DNA of 58,977 bases from IMG/VR virus record IMGVR_UViG_3300025413_000008; one strand, written 5' to 3'. Positions 28,455 through 38,572 of the stretch are shown in pieces (the stretch's first letter is position 1; every line of letters starts with the position of its first letter). The DNA is from a virus. Lineage: Duplodnaviria; Heunggongvirae; Uroviricota; Caudoviricetes. The notes beneath the pieces are model-generated. The model saw only the letters and a program-made list of their open reading frames with translations, was not told where the DNA came from and made no database searches. Position numbers and translations under genes: made by a program.

Positions 28455-31400
28455 TTATGACTTGATAATGGATATCATGCTCTGCAAATCTTCAATTTGC
28501 TTTTGTTGCTGTTTGATGGCTTCAATTAATAACGGGACAACTCTTTCATATTTGACTGCGAGAATACCATCTTCTCTTTCAGCAACCGCCTCTGGTAATA
28601 CTTGTTGGATTTCCTGAGCAAGCACACCGACATCATGTTTGCGAACAAAATACCCATCTTCTCCGCCCGCAGAATCAAGATAATCCTGAGTCCAGTCAAA
28701 TTCAACGCCAGATATCTGGCTTATTTTTTCTATTGCATTTGCAATAGGAATAATGTTTTCTTTGAGACGTTTATCTGATGAGTAGTAAGCCGTAATATTA
28801 TTTGTTGCACGGATTTCTCCCGAAGTGCCAGAAGCAACAGTGCCGACTCCCAAAGAACCGATCTGTGTATTACTTCCGGTAGCCGAAATAAAACCAGATA
28901 CTGTTAAATTAGCAAGTGTGCCAAGTGACGTAATGTTTGGCTGCGCGCTCGCAGATACAGTTGCTGCATATCCAGTTGTATTTTGATTAAGAGTAGCGAC
29001 ATATGACGGCTGAATTGGACTTCCCTGCCACACACCAGTTGTGATGGTCCCGATTGATGCGAGATTAGTTGCGGATGTAATGTTCGGCTGTGCTGCCACA
29101 GACACTGTATTGGCAACATTGGCATTGGGCACATATCCGATTACATTTGCGGCATTAATTGAACTCAGACCAGAACCATTACCAAAATGATTTCCGTTAA
29201 TATTTGCCCCAGAAATAAAACCAGATACTGTTAAATTAGCAAGTGTGCCAAGTGACGTAATATTTGGCTGTGAACTTGCTGATACTGTTGCTGCATAACC
29301 AGTTGTGTTTTGGTTAAGTGTAGCAACATATGACGGCTGAATTGGACTTCCCTGCCACACACCAGTTGTGATGGTCCCGATTGATGCGAGATTAGTTGCA
29401 GATGTAATGTTTGGTTGTGCTGCTGTTGTTACAGTCGCAGCGTATCCAGTTGTGTTTTGGTTAAGAGTAGCGACATATGACGGCTGAATTGGACTTCCCT
29501 GCCACACACCAGTTGTGATGGTCCCGATTGATGCGAGATTAGTTGCAGATGTAATGTTTGGTTGTGCACCCACAGATACGGTTGCCGCATATCCAGTTGT
29601 GTTTTGGTTAAGAGTAGCGACATATGACGGCTGAATTGGACTTCCCTGCCACACACCAGTTGTGATGGTCCCGATTGATGCGAGATTAGTTGCGGATGTA
29701 ATGTTCGGCTGTGCTGCTGTTGTTACTGTTCCGGCAATGGTCGCGCTACTGGCAGCAAGCGTAGAGCCTGAACTTAGTGTCCATGTTCCTGTAATTATTC
29801 CTGCTGTAGTGTTTGCTCCCGTAGTAATAGTGCTTGTCTGTAGCGTTGTTGGATTAAACGTGGAATTGTATACCATAAATCCAGCAGAATTTGCTAAGAA
29901 ATGTGACCATTCGTTTGTAGCAGTTGAATCAGTAATTTGAATTAATGCATTTCCTGTTACTGAATTTCCTCTTACACGCAATCCACCCGTTGTTCCTCCA
30001 CTATTTGGAGTGGTGACATCAACCGTTGCACTGACACCAGATGCTGTGAATAACGCTGGTCCAGAACTTAATCCAGTTAATGTTCCCAACGATGTAATAT
30101 TTGGCTGTGAACTCACTGATACGGTATTAGCAACATTAGCATTAGGAACATATCCGGTTACATTAGCACCAGTAATTGAACTCAGACCAGAACCATTGCC
30201 AAAATGATTTCCGAAATGATTTCCGTTGACATTTGCCCCAGAAATATTTCCGGTAACATTGAGTACTGTTAGTGTCCCTACAGAAGTAATATTTGGTTGT
30301 GCCGCTGTTGTCAAGTTTCCACCCAAATTGATAGAAACTACGTTTCCAGTTACATTAACGTTTCCGTTGACATTTGCTGCTGTTGATGTAACAGTTATTA
30401 CATTTGACGTACCATTTACACTAAGATAGATATTACTATTACTTGATGGAATACTAACATTTGATGTTCCATTAACAATAATAGTAGATGAACCAGTGGT
30501 TATACCAGTTAACTGACTTCCGTTACCTATGAAATAAAATCCTTGGATATTTCCAGTTGCATTTATTGTCCCGTTACCGAACTGGATATTAGAAGTTGCA
30601 TTACCTACAGTCAATCCAGTCAATGTTCCAACAGATGTGATATTTGGCTGTGCTGGGCTTATCACTGTTCCTGCTGTTGTTGCAGAAGTTGCTGCTCCGC
30701 TAAGTGCACCTACAAAGGTGGTTGCAAGAACAGCACCATTTGCTAAGTTTGCACTAATTCCGGAGTTTGCTGCCAATGCATAGTTTCCAGTGGAACTACT
30801 TGGGGAAAATGTAGGATAATAAATTCCGGTTGATTGTGTAGTTACACCTATACTCGTTGCATTACTGATAGAAGTTGCTGTTCCTACCAATGTTCCTATA
30901 AATGTAGTGGCAGTAATTGAATTGTTTGCCAGATTTGCACTGATTCCGGTGCTAATAACAGATGATGAATTTCCATTTGCAGATGATGTGGTAAATTTTG
31001 GATAAACGGTCGTAGCGGTTGAAGTATTCTGTAATACAGCAGATGCATTAGATGCATTCAGTGCCGAAGTTGCCGTACCGCTTAACGTACCCACAAATGT
31101 TGTTGCTGTAATTGAACTATTCGCTAAATTAGCATTTATTCCAGATGCGGTAATAGAACTATAATAACCATTAGATGATGAAGTTACAAATGTTGGATAT
31201 GCGGTAGTAGAAACAGATGAATTGGTTAATACTGTATTAGCGGAATTTGCGTTGGCAACCGTTCCGATAACATTTGCGCCCGCAATAGAATATAGTCCAG
31301 AACCGTTTCCAGTAATAATACCAGTAGTATTTAATGTGCCCGTAATGTTCGCACCAGTTCCAGTAACGGTCAAAACATTGCTACCGGCAGCAACGAGAGT

Positions 31401-32888
31401 TACGTTTGAACTAGTTGCTATGGTAACGGCTGAGGTTCCATTTACAAGATTACTTATTACGTTTCCGGCAGTGACATTACCGGTGGTTGTTATGGTGTTT
31501 GATCCAGCAGCAATGGTCCCAATAATATTTCCGGCAGTTATATTACCCGTGCCAGTTACCACTCCCAACCCAAATCCCAAATTTCCAACGTTTGCATTGG
31601 CAACTAGACTGAGTGTATTGCCTACAAAAATATTACTATTAATGTTTCCATTTGCATCACGAACCGGAATTGTATTGGCGGAAGTCGTAATAGAAGTATT
31701 ATATCCATCTACAAAATCCGCATTGAGATTGGCAACTTTTGTAGTAGAATTAACTGTGATCGGTGAAGTGCCTGTAGCAATGTTAGATGCAAGAGTACTT
31801 GCAGTAACTGATGTTGTGGCATTTAAATTGCCAACATTGGCATTGCCGTTAACTGTTAAAATTTTGCTGGTATAATTAAATGTAAGCGATGAACTGGCAC
31901 CAAAACTACCGGCGCTGTTATATTGAATTTGCGTATCTGTACCAGATACTAATCCGGAGCCTGAACCACCTGATGATATCGAAGTCAACTGACCACCAGT
32001 TTCATATACGTTGGCGCTTAAGCCATTTGCTGTCTGTAGGGCAAATATAGGTCCTGCCGTGCCATTTGCATAAACTGTATTTGATACTGTGATGCTTGTG
32101 CCATTGGGAATAGAATTAATATAATATGTCGTATTAGCTAATATTCCACTCGTTGACATGCTTCCCACGAACTGTACAGGCTTATTCACCGAGAGGACAG
32201 CACTATTACCAACAGTGATGTAATTGGTTCCAGTTGTAGTATTGGATACCGATGTAAATGCATATGCTGTATAAGATGTAGAATTTACTGGTGAAGTAAG
32301 TGCTCCGTCACTATACAATGAAAATGTGTTTGGGCTTAGATTGCCGACATAATATTGCATACCATTTAACTGGGTCATGCCCTGTGCACCAGTAATAGTA
32401 ATTGATGCGGCGTTGGTAAGATTATGATTTTGAACTGTAGTTACTACGGCAGGATTCGCTTTGGTTACATTTTCAATGTATGCAATTAATGTGTTTTTTG
32501 GAGTCCAAGAAAGATTTCCTAGTCCATCAGTCTGTAGTACATATCCCGTTGCTCCACCAGAAATAGCCACGTTTGAGACATTTCCAAGATTAATATTACC
32601 TCCAGCAACTCCGCCACCGTTAACCCAGTTCGTTCCATCATATACTAATATTTCTCCTGCAGCCAAGGTAGTAGGATTTATATTTAAATTACCATAACTA
32701 CCACTGATTTGACTAAAGTAAATATTAGAGTAGGATGTCAGAATTTCCACATTTTCATTTGGTGAGGTCTTGCCAATAAACAAGCGTTTGGAATCATTTG
32801 CCCATCCGAATTCGGCATTGTCCAATTGCGGAAGGTCTACTAAGTTTCCTGATCTTTGTTGTATTTTTGAGATTTGTAAAATTGACAT
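28455..32888 (-). CDS. Long tail fibre with C-terminal intramolecular chaperone (peptidase S74-like)
   Basis: N-term ILQISKIQQRSG...LPQLDNAEFGWA.D..RLFIG, an FCCH-like ANPAVVT...HNL module and AQPNITS repeats. C-term YSSDKRLKENI...GVEFDW...DVGVLAQEIQQVLPEAV...VKYERVVPLLIEAIK. Confidence 0.9.
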   Translation of the reverse strand: MSILQISKIQQRSGNLVDLPQLDNAEFGWANDSKRLFIGKTSPNENVEILTSYSNIYFSQISGSYGNLNINPTTLAAGEILVYDGTNWVNGGGVAGGNINLGNVSNVAISGGATGYVLQTDGLGNLSWTPKNTLIAYIENVTKANPAVVTTVQNHNLTNAASITITGAQGMTQLNGMQYYVGNLSPNTFSLYSDGALTSPVNSTSYTAYAFTSVSNTTTGTNYITVGNSAVLSVNKPVQFVGSMSTSGILANTTYYINSIPNGTSITVSNTVYANGTAGPIFALQTANGLSANVYETGGQLTSISSGGSGSGLVSGTDTQIQYNSAGSFGASSSLTFNYTSKILTVNGNANVGNLNATTSVTASTLASNIATGTSPITVNSTTKVANLNADFVDGYNTSITTSANTIPVRDANGNINSNIFVGNTLSLVANANVGNLGFGLGVVTGTGNITAGNIIGTIAAGSNTITTTGNVTAGNVISNLVNGTSAVTIATSSNVTLVAAGSNVLTVTGTGANITGTLNTTGIITGNGSGLYSIAGANVIGTVANANSANTVLTNSSVSTTAYPTFVTSSSNGYYSSITASGINANLANSSITATTFVGTLSGTATSALNASNASAVLQNTSTATTVYPKFTTSSANGNSSSVISTGISANLANNSITATTFIGTLVGTATSISNATSIGVTTQSTGIYYPTFSPSSSTGNYALAANSGISANLANGAVLATTFVGALSGAATSATTAGTVISPAQPNITSVGTLTGLTVGNATSNIQFGNGTINATGNIQGFYFIGNGSQLTGITTGSSTIIVNGTSNVSIPSSNSNIYLSVNGTSNVITVTSTAANVNGNVNVTGNVVSINLGGNLTTAAQPNITSVGTLTVLNVTGNISGANVNGNHFGNHFGNGSGLSSITGANVTGYVPNANVANTVSVSSQPNITSLGTLTGLSSGPALFTASGVSATVDVTTPNSGGTTGGLRVRGNSVTGNALIQITDSTATNEWSHFLANSAGFMVYNSTFNPTTLQTSTITTGANTTAGIITGTWTLSSGSTLAASSATIAGTVTTAAQPNITSATNLASIGTITTGVWQGSPIQPSYVATLNQNTTGYAATVSVGAQPNITSATNLASIGTITTGVWQGSPIQPSYVATLNQNTTGYAATVTTAAQPNITSATNLASIGTITTGVWQGSPIQPSYVATLNQNTTGYAATVSASSQPNITSLGTLANLTVSGFISGANINGNHFGNGSGLSSINAANVIGYVPNANVANTVSVAAQPNITSATNLASIGTITTGVWQGSPIQPSYVATLNQNTTGYAATVSASAQPNITSLGTLANLTVSGFISATGSNTQIGSLGVGTVASGTSGEIRATNNITAYYSSDKRLKENIIPIANAIEKISQISGVEFDWTQDYLDSAGGEDGYFVRKHDVGVLAQEIQQVLPEAVAEREDGILAVKYERVVPLLIEAIKQQQKQIEDLQSMISIIKS
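28885..29715 (-). repeat. Near-identical 147-bp (49-aa) repeats x4 inside a 327-bp-offset duplication
   Basis: AQPNITSATNLASIGTITTGVWQGSPIQPSYVATLNQNTTGYAATV at ~28972, 29299, 29446 and 29593. The block at 28885 recurs at 29212. Confidence 0.9.
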
Positions 32889-32943
32889 AAGTGTAATCTT
32901 TACCCATTGATATACACTTATTTATCTTTACATATTCAATCTC

Positions 32944-33657
32944 TCAAACGAATGCAGAGTAATATTTTTCTAGTCTTTTATACCAAAGTTGGGTATATTT
33001 GTCAAATTCGTTACCCTCAACTATAAACTCTAGGTATTCAGGTTTTGTCCACTTATTATCAACCATTTCTGGCTTAACCGACATAAAGATAACACCTTTG
33101 CGAATATTAGTCCCATACACTTCATTGTGGGCCAACGCATATGCTGCTGTCTGAACAAAGTAATCCTCAATCCATTCTCGCTTCTTGACTTTATTGGATT
33201 GCTTATGATCCATGATTGCTTCTGATCCATTATGGATTCCACATAAATCTGTAGTTCCGGCATAGACTCCCGGAAAGAATAGCGAGACTTCTGTTCCCCA
33301 ATATTCATCGCAATTTACTAAACCATTTGTGATGATTTCCTGCGCCATCAGATGACTCTGTTGACTATATGGATTCGTGCCCGGTTCACCAAGTATATCT
33401 AACTTGATATAATCTTCGATCCATTTGTGCATTCTGGTGCCGCGACCGGCTGCTTCGGTCGTAATTTGTTGTGCTTTTGCGTGTCCTACACGATTTTTCC
33501 ATTGACGCAGTGCTTGTTTGGATTCTTCTGATTTAGTTAAATCAAGAATAGTAGTAACACTTGGAACCTTTTGACCATCAGGGGTCAGATACCGGCGAGA
33601 ACCGTCAACGTTTACTCGCTTCATTTCTTCATAGGGGAATTTATTAGTTATAGCCAT
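32944..33657 (-). CDS. PD-(D/E)xK (Cas4/RecB-like) exonuclease
   Basis: PSVTTIL, RGTRMHKWIE, E......YAGTTDL, IMDHKQS, YFVQTAAYALA. ATG at 33657 is 6 nt after TATAAT. Confidence 0.85.
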   Translation of the reverse strand: MAITNKFPYEEMKRVNVDGSRRYLTPDGQKVPSVTTILDLTKSEESKQALRQWKNRVGHAKAQQITTEAAGRGTRMHKWIEDYIKLDILGEPGTNPYSQQSHLMAQEIITNGLVNCDEYWGTEVSLFFPGVYAGTTDLCGIHNGSEAIMDHKQSNKVKKREWIEDYFVQTAAYALAHNEVYGTNIRKGVIFMSVKPEMVDNKWTKPEYLEFIVEGNEFDKYTQLWYKRLEKYYSAFV

Positions 33658-33702
33658 GTATGTATTATACAAAAAAACGTCAGAAAAGTCAACAATAATA
33701 TT

Positions 33703-34053
33703 TTAAATTTGCATTGCTGATTTTGCCATTTTGGCTACTGTTTTTTTCTTTTCATCTTCGGGTTCTTTTTCATCTTCGGGTTCAGACTCTGGCTCTGACT
33801 CGTATCCTTTAAATTCAATTTTATCACCTTCAATGCTAGTAATAAGTGACTTTAGGGGGTTGACTTTAATCATATTGTATAAATCAGATTTGTCAAGAAT
33901 GATGTCATATATTTGAAAATAATCAAGCAAGTCTTCTACAGAATAGCTATCCGGATCAATTTTACCAGAGTCAACATCATCCTTTAACTGATTAGTTAAA
34001 GCAACAATTTTAGTTAGTTCGGCACTATCTTGGTCAAATTCAAAGAGATACAC
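33703..34053 (-). CDS. Hypothetical late protein
   Basis: GTG start, MYLFEF, acidic tail ending VAKMAKSAM. Confidence 0.65.
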   Translation of the reverse strand: MYLFEFDQDSAELTKIVALTNQLKDDVDSGKIDPDSYSVEDLLDYFQIYDIILDKSDLYNMIKVNPLKSLITSIEGDKIEFKGYESEPESEPEDEKEPEDEKKKTVAKMAKSAMQI

Positions 34054-34056
34054 GGG

Positions 34057-34806
34057 TTATCTCTTAGGACGGCCTGCGCCACCAAATCTGTTTTCTGGCT
34101 TTTCTGCTGGTGCTTTAGGGGCCTTTGGCGCTACATCGGGAACAGGAGGAAGTTCTGAATCAAGGTCCATGTCCATATCCATGTCTGCACCAAGTGCATC
34201 TTCATCTCCAGCAAGATCAGCACCCATATCCATGTCTGCACCAAAATCTGTGCCACCTTGGCCAGTAATTACATTGAGCGCGCTCTTTAGACTGGCTTGC
34301 GTTTCCTGTAATGATGCGTTCAGAGATGCGAGAGATTCTGAGACTTGCGAATTAAATTGTGTGCCTTCATTTACTCCAATTTCAGATTCAATTGAGTCTG
34401 AAAGTGCTGGTAGTTCTTTAACCAGCATATCATTGACTTCTTCAACCATTTTCTGAATAGAATCAATCATATCTTGAGCAGCAAGAATAACCTGTGACTT
34501 TTCTACTTCTTCGTTTTCAAAGACAATGCGTGGTGTAGGCATTGAGTTTAAATATCTAATGTGTGAGGTTAATGCCTGTTCCATGAATACGAGTTTCATG
34601 TGAGTAGGGTTAGTTTGGTTTCTATGGAAATTATGTGAATTTCTAGATTCATTGATAAGTCCACGAACTTTTCTAAGCATTGTGGCAGTTTGAGACTTAT
34701 CCAAGTTATCAGTATTGAAGTTGAATGAAAAACTTTCTCTCAATGCCTTTTTTGCTACATTCTTATTGTTTAACTCGTTAAGTTCCATGCCGTTTAACTC
34801 TTCCAT
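34057..34806 (-). CDS. Coiled-coil putative head core/scaffold protein
   Basis: EVEKSQVILAAQDMIDSIQKMVEEV coiled coil, D/M-rich linker, ends GRPKR. Late promoter at 34816. Confidence 0.55.
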   Translation of the reverse strand: MEELNGMELNELNNKNVAKKALRESFSFNFNTDNLDKSQTATMLRKVRGLINESRNSHNFHRNQTNPTHMKLVFMEQALTSHIRYLNSMPTPRIVFENEEVEKSQVILAAQDMIDSIQKMVEEVNDMLVKELPALSDSIESEIGVNEGTQFNSQVSESLASLNASLQETQASLKSALNVITGQGGTDFGADMDMGADLAGDEDALGADMDMDMDLDSELPPVPDVAPKAPKAPAEKPENRFGGAGRPKR

Positions 34807-34836
34807 GTTGTTATGTATTTATCTTAGATATTTATT

Positions 34837-35310
34837 TTATTGGTGTCGCGTATTCAAAAATCGTCTTTCTTGAATCACCTTAGACTTATTTATGTGAATA
34901 CTCATTTCTTCTAACATTAAGTTTTTCTTTAATGTCGCTTCTTCCACTTTAATCATATAGGTCAGTTTAACTGATGGAGTTGGGGCCACTTTAAATAATC
35001 GTGTATGATTGGCAATGTCTATGTTGATACTTCCCAAACGCAAATCTAAAGAGACTACTCTCCGGGCATTATTAAAATTTCCAGAATTGTGAAGGGTGCA
35101 CCACGACACTGCATTAATTAGAGTTGAAAACACGTGTTCTTCCGCATGCTTTGGGGTAAAGGTTTTAAAGCCGCCATCCAGTGACGGAATGATGGTATAT
35201 TTACCGAATAACGAATATTTGCCCTGTTTATCACATGTAATCAAAATGTCTTTGATATCAGAATTCAATTCATTTTCAAAAAATTTATCTAGTTTTGTTA
35301 AATGTATCAT
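34837..35310 (-). CDS. Hypothetical protein
   Basis: 157 aa; ATGA overlap with the upstream gene. Confidence 0.65.
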   Translation of the reverse strand: MIHLTKLDKFFENELNSDIKDILITCDKQGKYSLFGKYTIIPSLDGGFKTFTPKHAEEHVFSTLINAVSWCTLHNSGNFNNARRVVSLDLRLGSINIDIANHTRLFKVAPTPSVKLTYMIKVEEATLKKNLMLEEMSIHINKSKVIQERRFLNTRHQ

Positions 35311-35753
35311 ACTACCTCAAAATAAATGTTTTTTAATTCATCGGATATGTCTAAAAATGCAGGCATTGTTTCGGTTTGTGTTTTGGATAGTATCATTGGT
35401 ACTCCTTCACAGTCTCTGTATAATGAACCGAGAGGGATTATTCCATTTTCAAATACGCTACTGTGATGGACTTCAAATTCAAATCGCCAACAATAGCGTG
35501 GTTTGTTGTCGGTATACTCATACAAAAATCCAAACTTTGACAATAGACTATCATTTATTTCTAATTTTATTGGGATTTTGATTATTTCTGGCTGTGATCG
35601 TAATGAAATGACTTGAAGTATTGTGTCAAAGTTACACTGTGTGTTACGTTTTTGCACCCACCCTTCAACATCATCTTCATTTGGGCGCGATCTATTTAGG
35701 ACGCCAGTATAAGTAACATCAAAAAGGGTGTGACAGGAAATACGATGTGACAT
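35307..35753 (-). CDS. Hypothetical late protein
   Basis: 148 aa (TLFDVT.TG, RNTQCNFDTILQVISLRSQP). CTAAATA 5 nt before the ATG. Confidence 0.7.
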   Translation of the reverse strand: MSHRISCHTLFDVTYTGVLNRSRPNEDDVEGWVQKRNTQCNFDTILQVISLRSQPEIIKIPIKLEINDSLLSKFGFLYEYTDNKPRYCWRFEFEVHHSSVFENGIIPLGSLYRDCEGVPMILSKTQTETMPAFLDISDELKNIYFEVV

Positions 35754-35768
35754 GTAAGTATTTAGGTC

Positions 35769-35801
35769 AAAAAAAAGACCCGAGAATATCTTCTCGGGTC
35801 T
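35769..35801 (-). terminator. Intrinsic terminator
   Basis: AGACCCGAGAA-n4-TTCTCGGGTCT followed by a T run on the minus strand. Confidence 0.85.
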
Positions 35802-35827
35802 CTTGTTTTGTTATTTAAAGATCAGAA

Positions 35828-36223
35828 TTAAACGTCTGAACCTGAAACAAAAGTTGCACCAGTTGCAACAGTTGAACCTGCTGGCCATGAAGCGCCATTA
35901 GTAGTGCTCAAGAGTGAAGTCTGGAGAGTAGAAGCAGTCCATGCACCTGCTGGGTAAATGCCCCAAGCAACAGTGTTGTTGGTTGCGTTACCATACTGAT
36001 AAAGCATGACAGTTGCAAGTTGTTCAATAGTCTGGAAACTTGCTGCTACCTGAGTAGTAGTCAATGAACCATTAGAAGTTGCAGTGAAGAAGTCCAGTTT
36101 TGGACCCTGTGGCTGAACAGCAACGTTAGGAGTTACTGCATTAAGACCTGCATTAGTGTATGCTGGTGAGTCCAAGTGAAATACTGGAAGAAAGTCACCA
36201 TTAACTTTAGTAAACTGTGCCAT
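35828..36223 (-). CDS. Small virion protein (possible capsid decoration)
   Basis: 131 aa monocistronic unit with its own late promoter (36265), AAGGA RBS and terminator. Confidence 0.55.
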   Translation of the reverse strand: MAQFTKVNGDFLPVFHLDSPAYTNAGLNAVTPNVAVQPQGPKLDFFTATSNGSLTTTQVAASFQTIEQLATVMLYQYGNATNNTVAWGIYPAGAWTASTLQTSLLSTTNGASWPAGSTVATGATFVSGSDV

Positions 36224-36299
36224 AAAATTATTCCTTTAAATGTGTGAGCATGTGCCCATGATTTTATTTATCACTTTACACAAAAAAAGCGTCTTTAGG

Positions 36300-37445
36300 T
36301 CATCTTCCTTGAAGATTTTGTTTGGAGAACCCAAGACGATCAATAAATTTTACACCCTGAGACACAAATCCTTCTTGTGATTGTTTTCCATTGGCAAGGT
36401 AGCCGCGAACAGGACTAGTTTCTGCTGCTACATTCAGTTGATTGACAATATCCATCTTGAGATTATATAATGCTGCCCAAATCTTAAATGCGCCTATTAC
36501 GCCTTGCTTATGGTTATTCAGGTGTTCTGCTATTTTGATTTTCATTTTGTCCGACATGGGTCTTGCTTCTACAAAATTCATGAAATCTCTTGCTAAATTA
36601 GTAAGGCTACCCGATACAATTTTCTTATTGACAAAAACAGTAAACAGTTGATTAAATGTTTTGCGAGCCTGTGGAGCATTAGTCATGAGTTCACGAACAG
36701 AATTTCCATGATCAGACAATGCCTGTTCTGCTGCTCTTTTCAATGTCGTATTAATTCTCAATTTTGGAACAATTGGCATTTTACTCGGAACAATCGCAAC
36801 GTTAGATGCATTTTGCAAATTGCCGATTGATCCGTCCAATGATACTGCCTGATCCGTTGATACTGCATCAGCCGGAATAAATTGATGAACAGCAATCGCT
36901 GCGTCTTTGTCAGACAGTAATTTACCTACATCACTTTTTACATCAACCGCGTATTCAATGCCATTTGGATTTGCTTTGAATTTGTATACGTCAGCATGAT
37001 TAACTAATGGATGACTAAACAATAAATCTCCCCAATAATATCCATTACCTGCGCGATCATCCTTTTCAAGACCGGGCCATATATTAGAAATTATATTATG
37101 CAAATCACTGCGATCTACGCCACGATTTAAATCATATTGCGCAAATTCTTGAGGACTGAATACTTGGCGACCAGTTCCATCTTTTTTGTTAAACATATGC
37201 TTGTCCATAATGGAAAATTTACCATCTGAACCGCGTCCAAATATAAGTGCAGGATATCCATCCCATTTAATGGTTATTGATTGAGGATTCTCAACAGTTG
37301 CAACAATAGAATCTATGGCCTGTCGTGCCCCCTGTTCATCACCAAGAAACACTAAGTCCTCAGGATGTTCAAGATGCCCCTTTCCTTCAACAATCACATT
37401 ATTGATTGTTTCCATTTTGGTGATAATATCACGAATATCGGTCAT
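36300..37445 (-). CDS. Ligase-like nucleotidyltransferase-fold protein of unknown function
   Basis: GHLEHPEDL, TIKWDG (KxDG motif I-like), WGDLLF, C-terminal EGFV....KFIDR (motif IV/V-like). Confidence 0.5.
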   Translation of the reverse strand: MTDIRDIITKMETINNVIVEGKGHLEHPEDLVFLGDEQGARQAIDSIVATVENPQSITIKWDGYPALIFGRGSDGKFSIMDKHMFNKKDGTGRQVFSPQEFAQYDLNRGVDRSDLHNIISNIWPGLEKDDRAGNGYYWGDLLFSHPLVNHADVYKFKANPNGIEYAVDVKSDVGKLLSDKDAAIAVHQFIPADAVSTDQAVSLDGSIGNLQNASNVAIVPSKMPIVPKLRINTTLKRAAEQALSDHGNSVRELMTNAPQARKTFNQLFTVFVNKKIVSGSLTNLARDFMNFVEARPMSDKMKIKIAEHLNNHKQGVIGAFKIWAALYNLKMDIVNQLNVAAETSPVRGYLANGKQSQEGFVSQGVKFIDRLGFSKQNLQGR

Positions 37446-38572
37446 TATGGTAGCGATCTTTTCAGCTTGTCGTATTCATATGGATTTTTGTTTTTTAGTG
37501 AAAGTAAATTAGCCTTAATTTGATCAGTTGTCAAGTCCTGAGTTGGAATATCCTGAGTTGGAATATTTGTTGGTTGTCCACGATTTACAGTAGGGGCTGA
37601 TGCACTAGCGATTGCATAAGTTATGTTTGCTAATTGTGATAAAGCCTGTTTACCTCCATCAGAATTATAAGTAGCTTGTAGCTGCTGCAATACCTTATCT
37701 ATTTGAGGCTCATGTTCTTTCCAGTTGAGTCTGCCCATATAATCACTATACCATTTTTTCATATACTGATATATACCCATAGGCTGACTGGCCTCTACGA
37801 TACTTTCAAAAACTACATTAAGTTTGTGGTATGAATTTTCTGATAGTCCTGCCGCCTTCATTGCAAGTTTGTCTGCTGCTGTTCTCTGAAATCCAAGCTT
37901 TGCTGCTGCCGCTTTTCCCGCTGCCTGAACATTTTGTGCGTTGGAAATGCTCTGTCTATGCTGCTGTGCTGCTGCTACAGTCTGTTGTGCAAATGTTGGT
38001 GCCGCTTGTTTTGGAGCCTGCGGCGCGGTGGCTGATTTTGGAGCCTGCGGCGCAGCGGCTGATTTTGCTTGATATCCTAATCCACCAGAAGTGATTCCTC
38101 CGGTTGCAGGCGCTATCATAGCTGGGTTAACCGTAGTAGTAACATTATTTGATTTAATAGTAGGAGCAGATAATGGGTTGGGGTGTGCCGGTTGTGGATT
38201 AGCCCTACCAACATTAGATGGAGTTGAACTGCCATAGAAATTATCCGGTTTTTTCGTCATTTTTCTGTTGACTGGGGTGTTAGGTTTAGATGCATTTGGC
38301 TTTATATTGTTAGTTGGTGGTGCTGGTGGAGTGTTGTTTATTTGAGTAATACTTTTATCCACTATACCACCCTGAATTGCACTATTCAATGCCGTCATGG
38401 CCTTGGTATAGAAACTGTTAGTGAAGATTTTTTGTGTCTGAGCAGGGTTTTCCACTGTTTTGCGATTAAAAAACAAATTCTTCAAGCCCTGTGGGACATC
38501 ATACGATCCCAACAAATTGTCAGCCATTCCTTCGTCTATTTGCTTCTGTGTGTTAAATTCATTTATCTTCAT
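37445..38572 (-). CDS. Low-complexity putative internal head protein
   Basis: MKINEF...IDEG N-terminus, Pro/Ala/Gln-rich middle with KSA(A/T)APQAP repeats. Confidence 0.55.
   Translation of the reverse strand: MKINEFNTQKQIDEGMADNLLGSYDVPQGLKNLFFNRKTVENPAQTQKIFTNSFYTKAMTALNSAIQGGIVDKSITQINNTPPAPPTNNIKPNASKPNTPVNRKMTKKPDNFYGSSTPSNVGRANPQPAHPNPLSAPTIKSNNVTTTVNPAMIAPATGGITSGGLGYQAKSAAAPQAPKSATAPQAPKQAAPTFAQQTVAAAQQHRQSISNAQNVQAAGKAAAAKLGFQRTAADKLAMKAAGLSENSYHKLNVVFESIVEASQPMGIYQYMKKWYSDYMGRLNWKEHEPQIDKVLQQLQATYNSDGGKQALSQLANITYAIASASAPTVNRGQPTNIPTQDIPTQDLTTDQIKANLLSLKNKNPYEYDKLKRSLP

Noticed and set aside
28885-29715. CRISPR array or DGR template/variable repeat
   Set aside because: The repeats are in-frame coding units without unique spacers or adenine-specific mismatches, and no reverse transcriptase or cas operon is in the window.
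32944-33657. Cas4 of a CRISPR system
   Set aside because: It lacks the Fe-S cysteine cluster and any CRISPR context; it fits a common stand-alone phage PD-(D/E)xK exonuclease.
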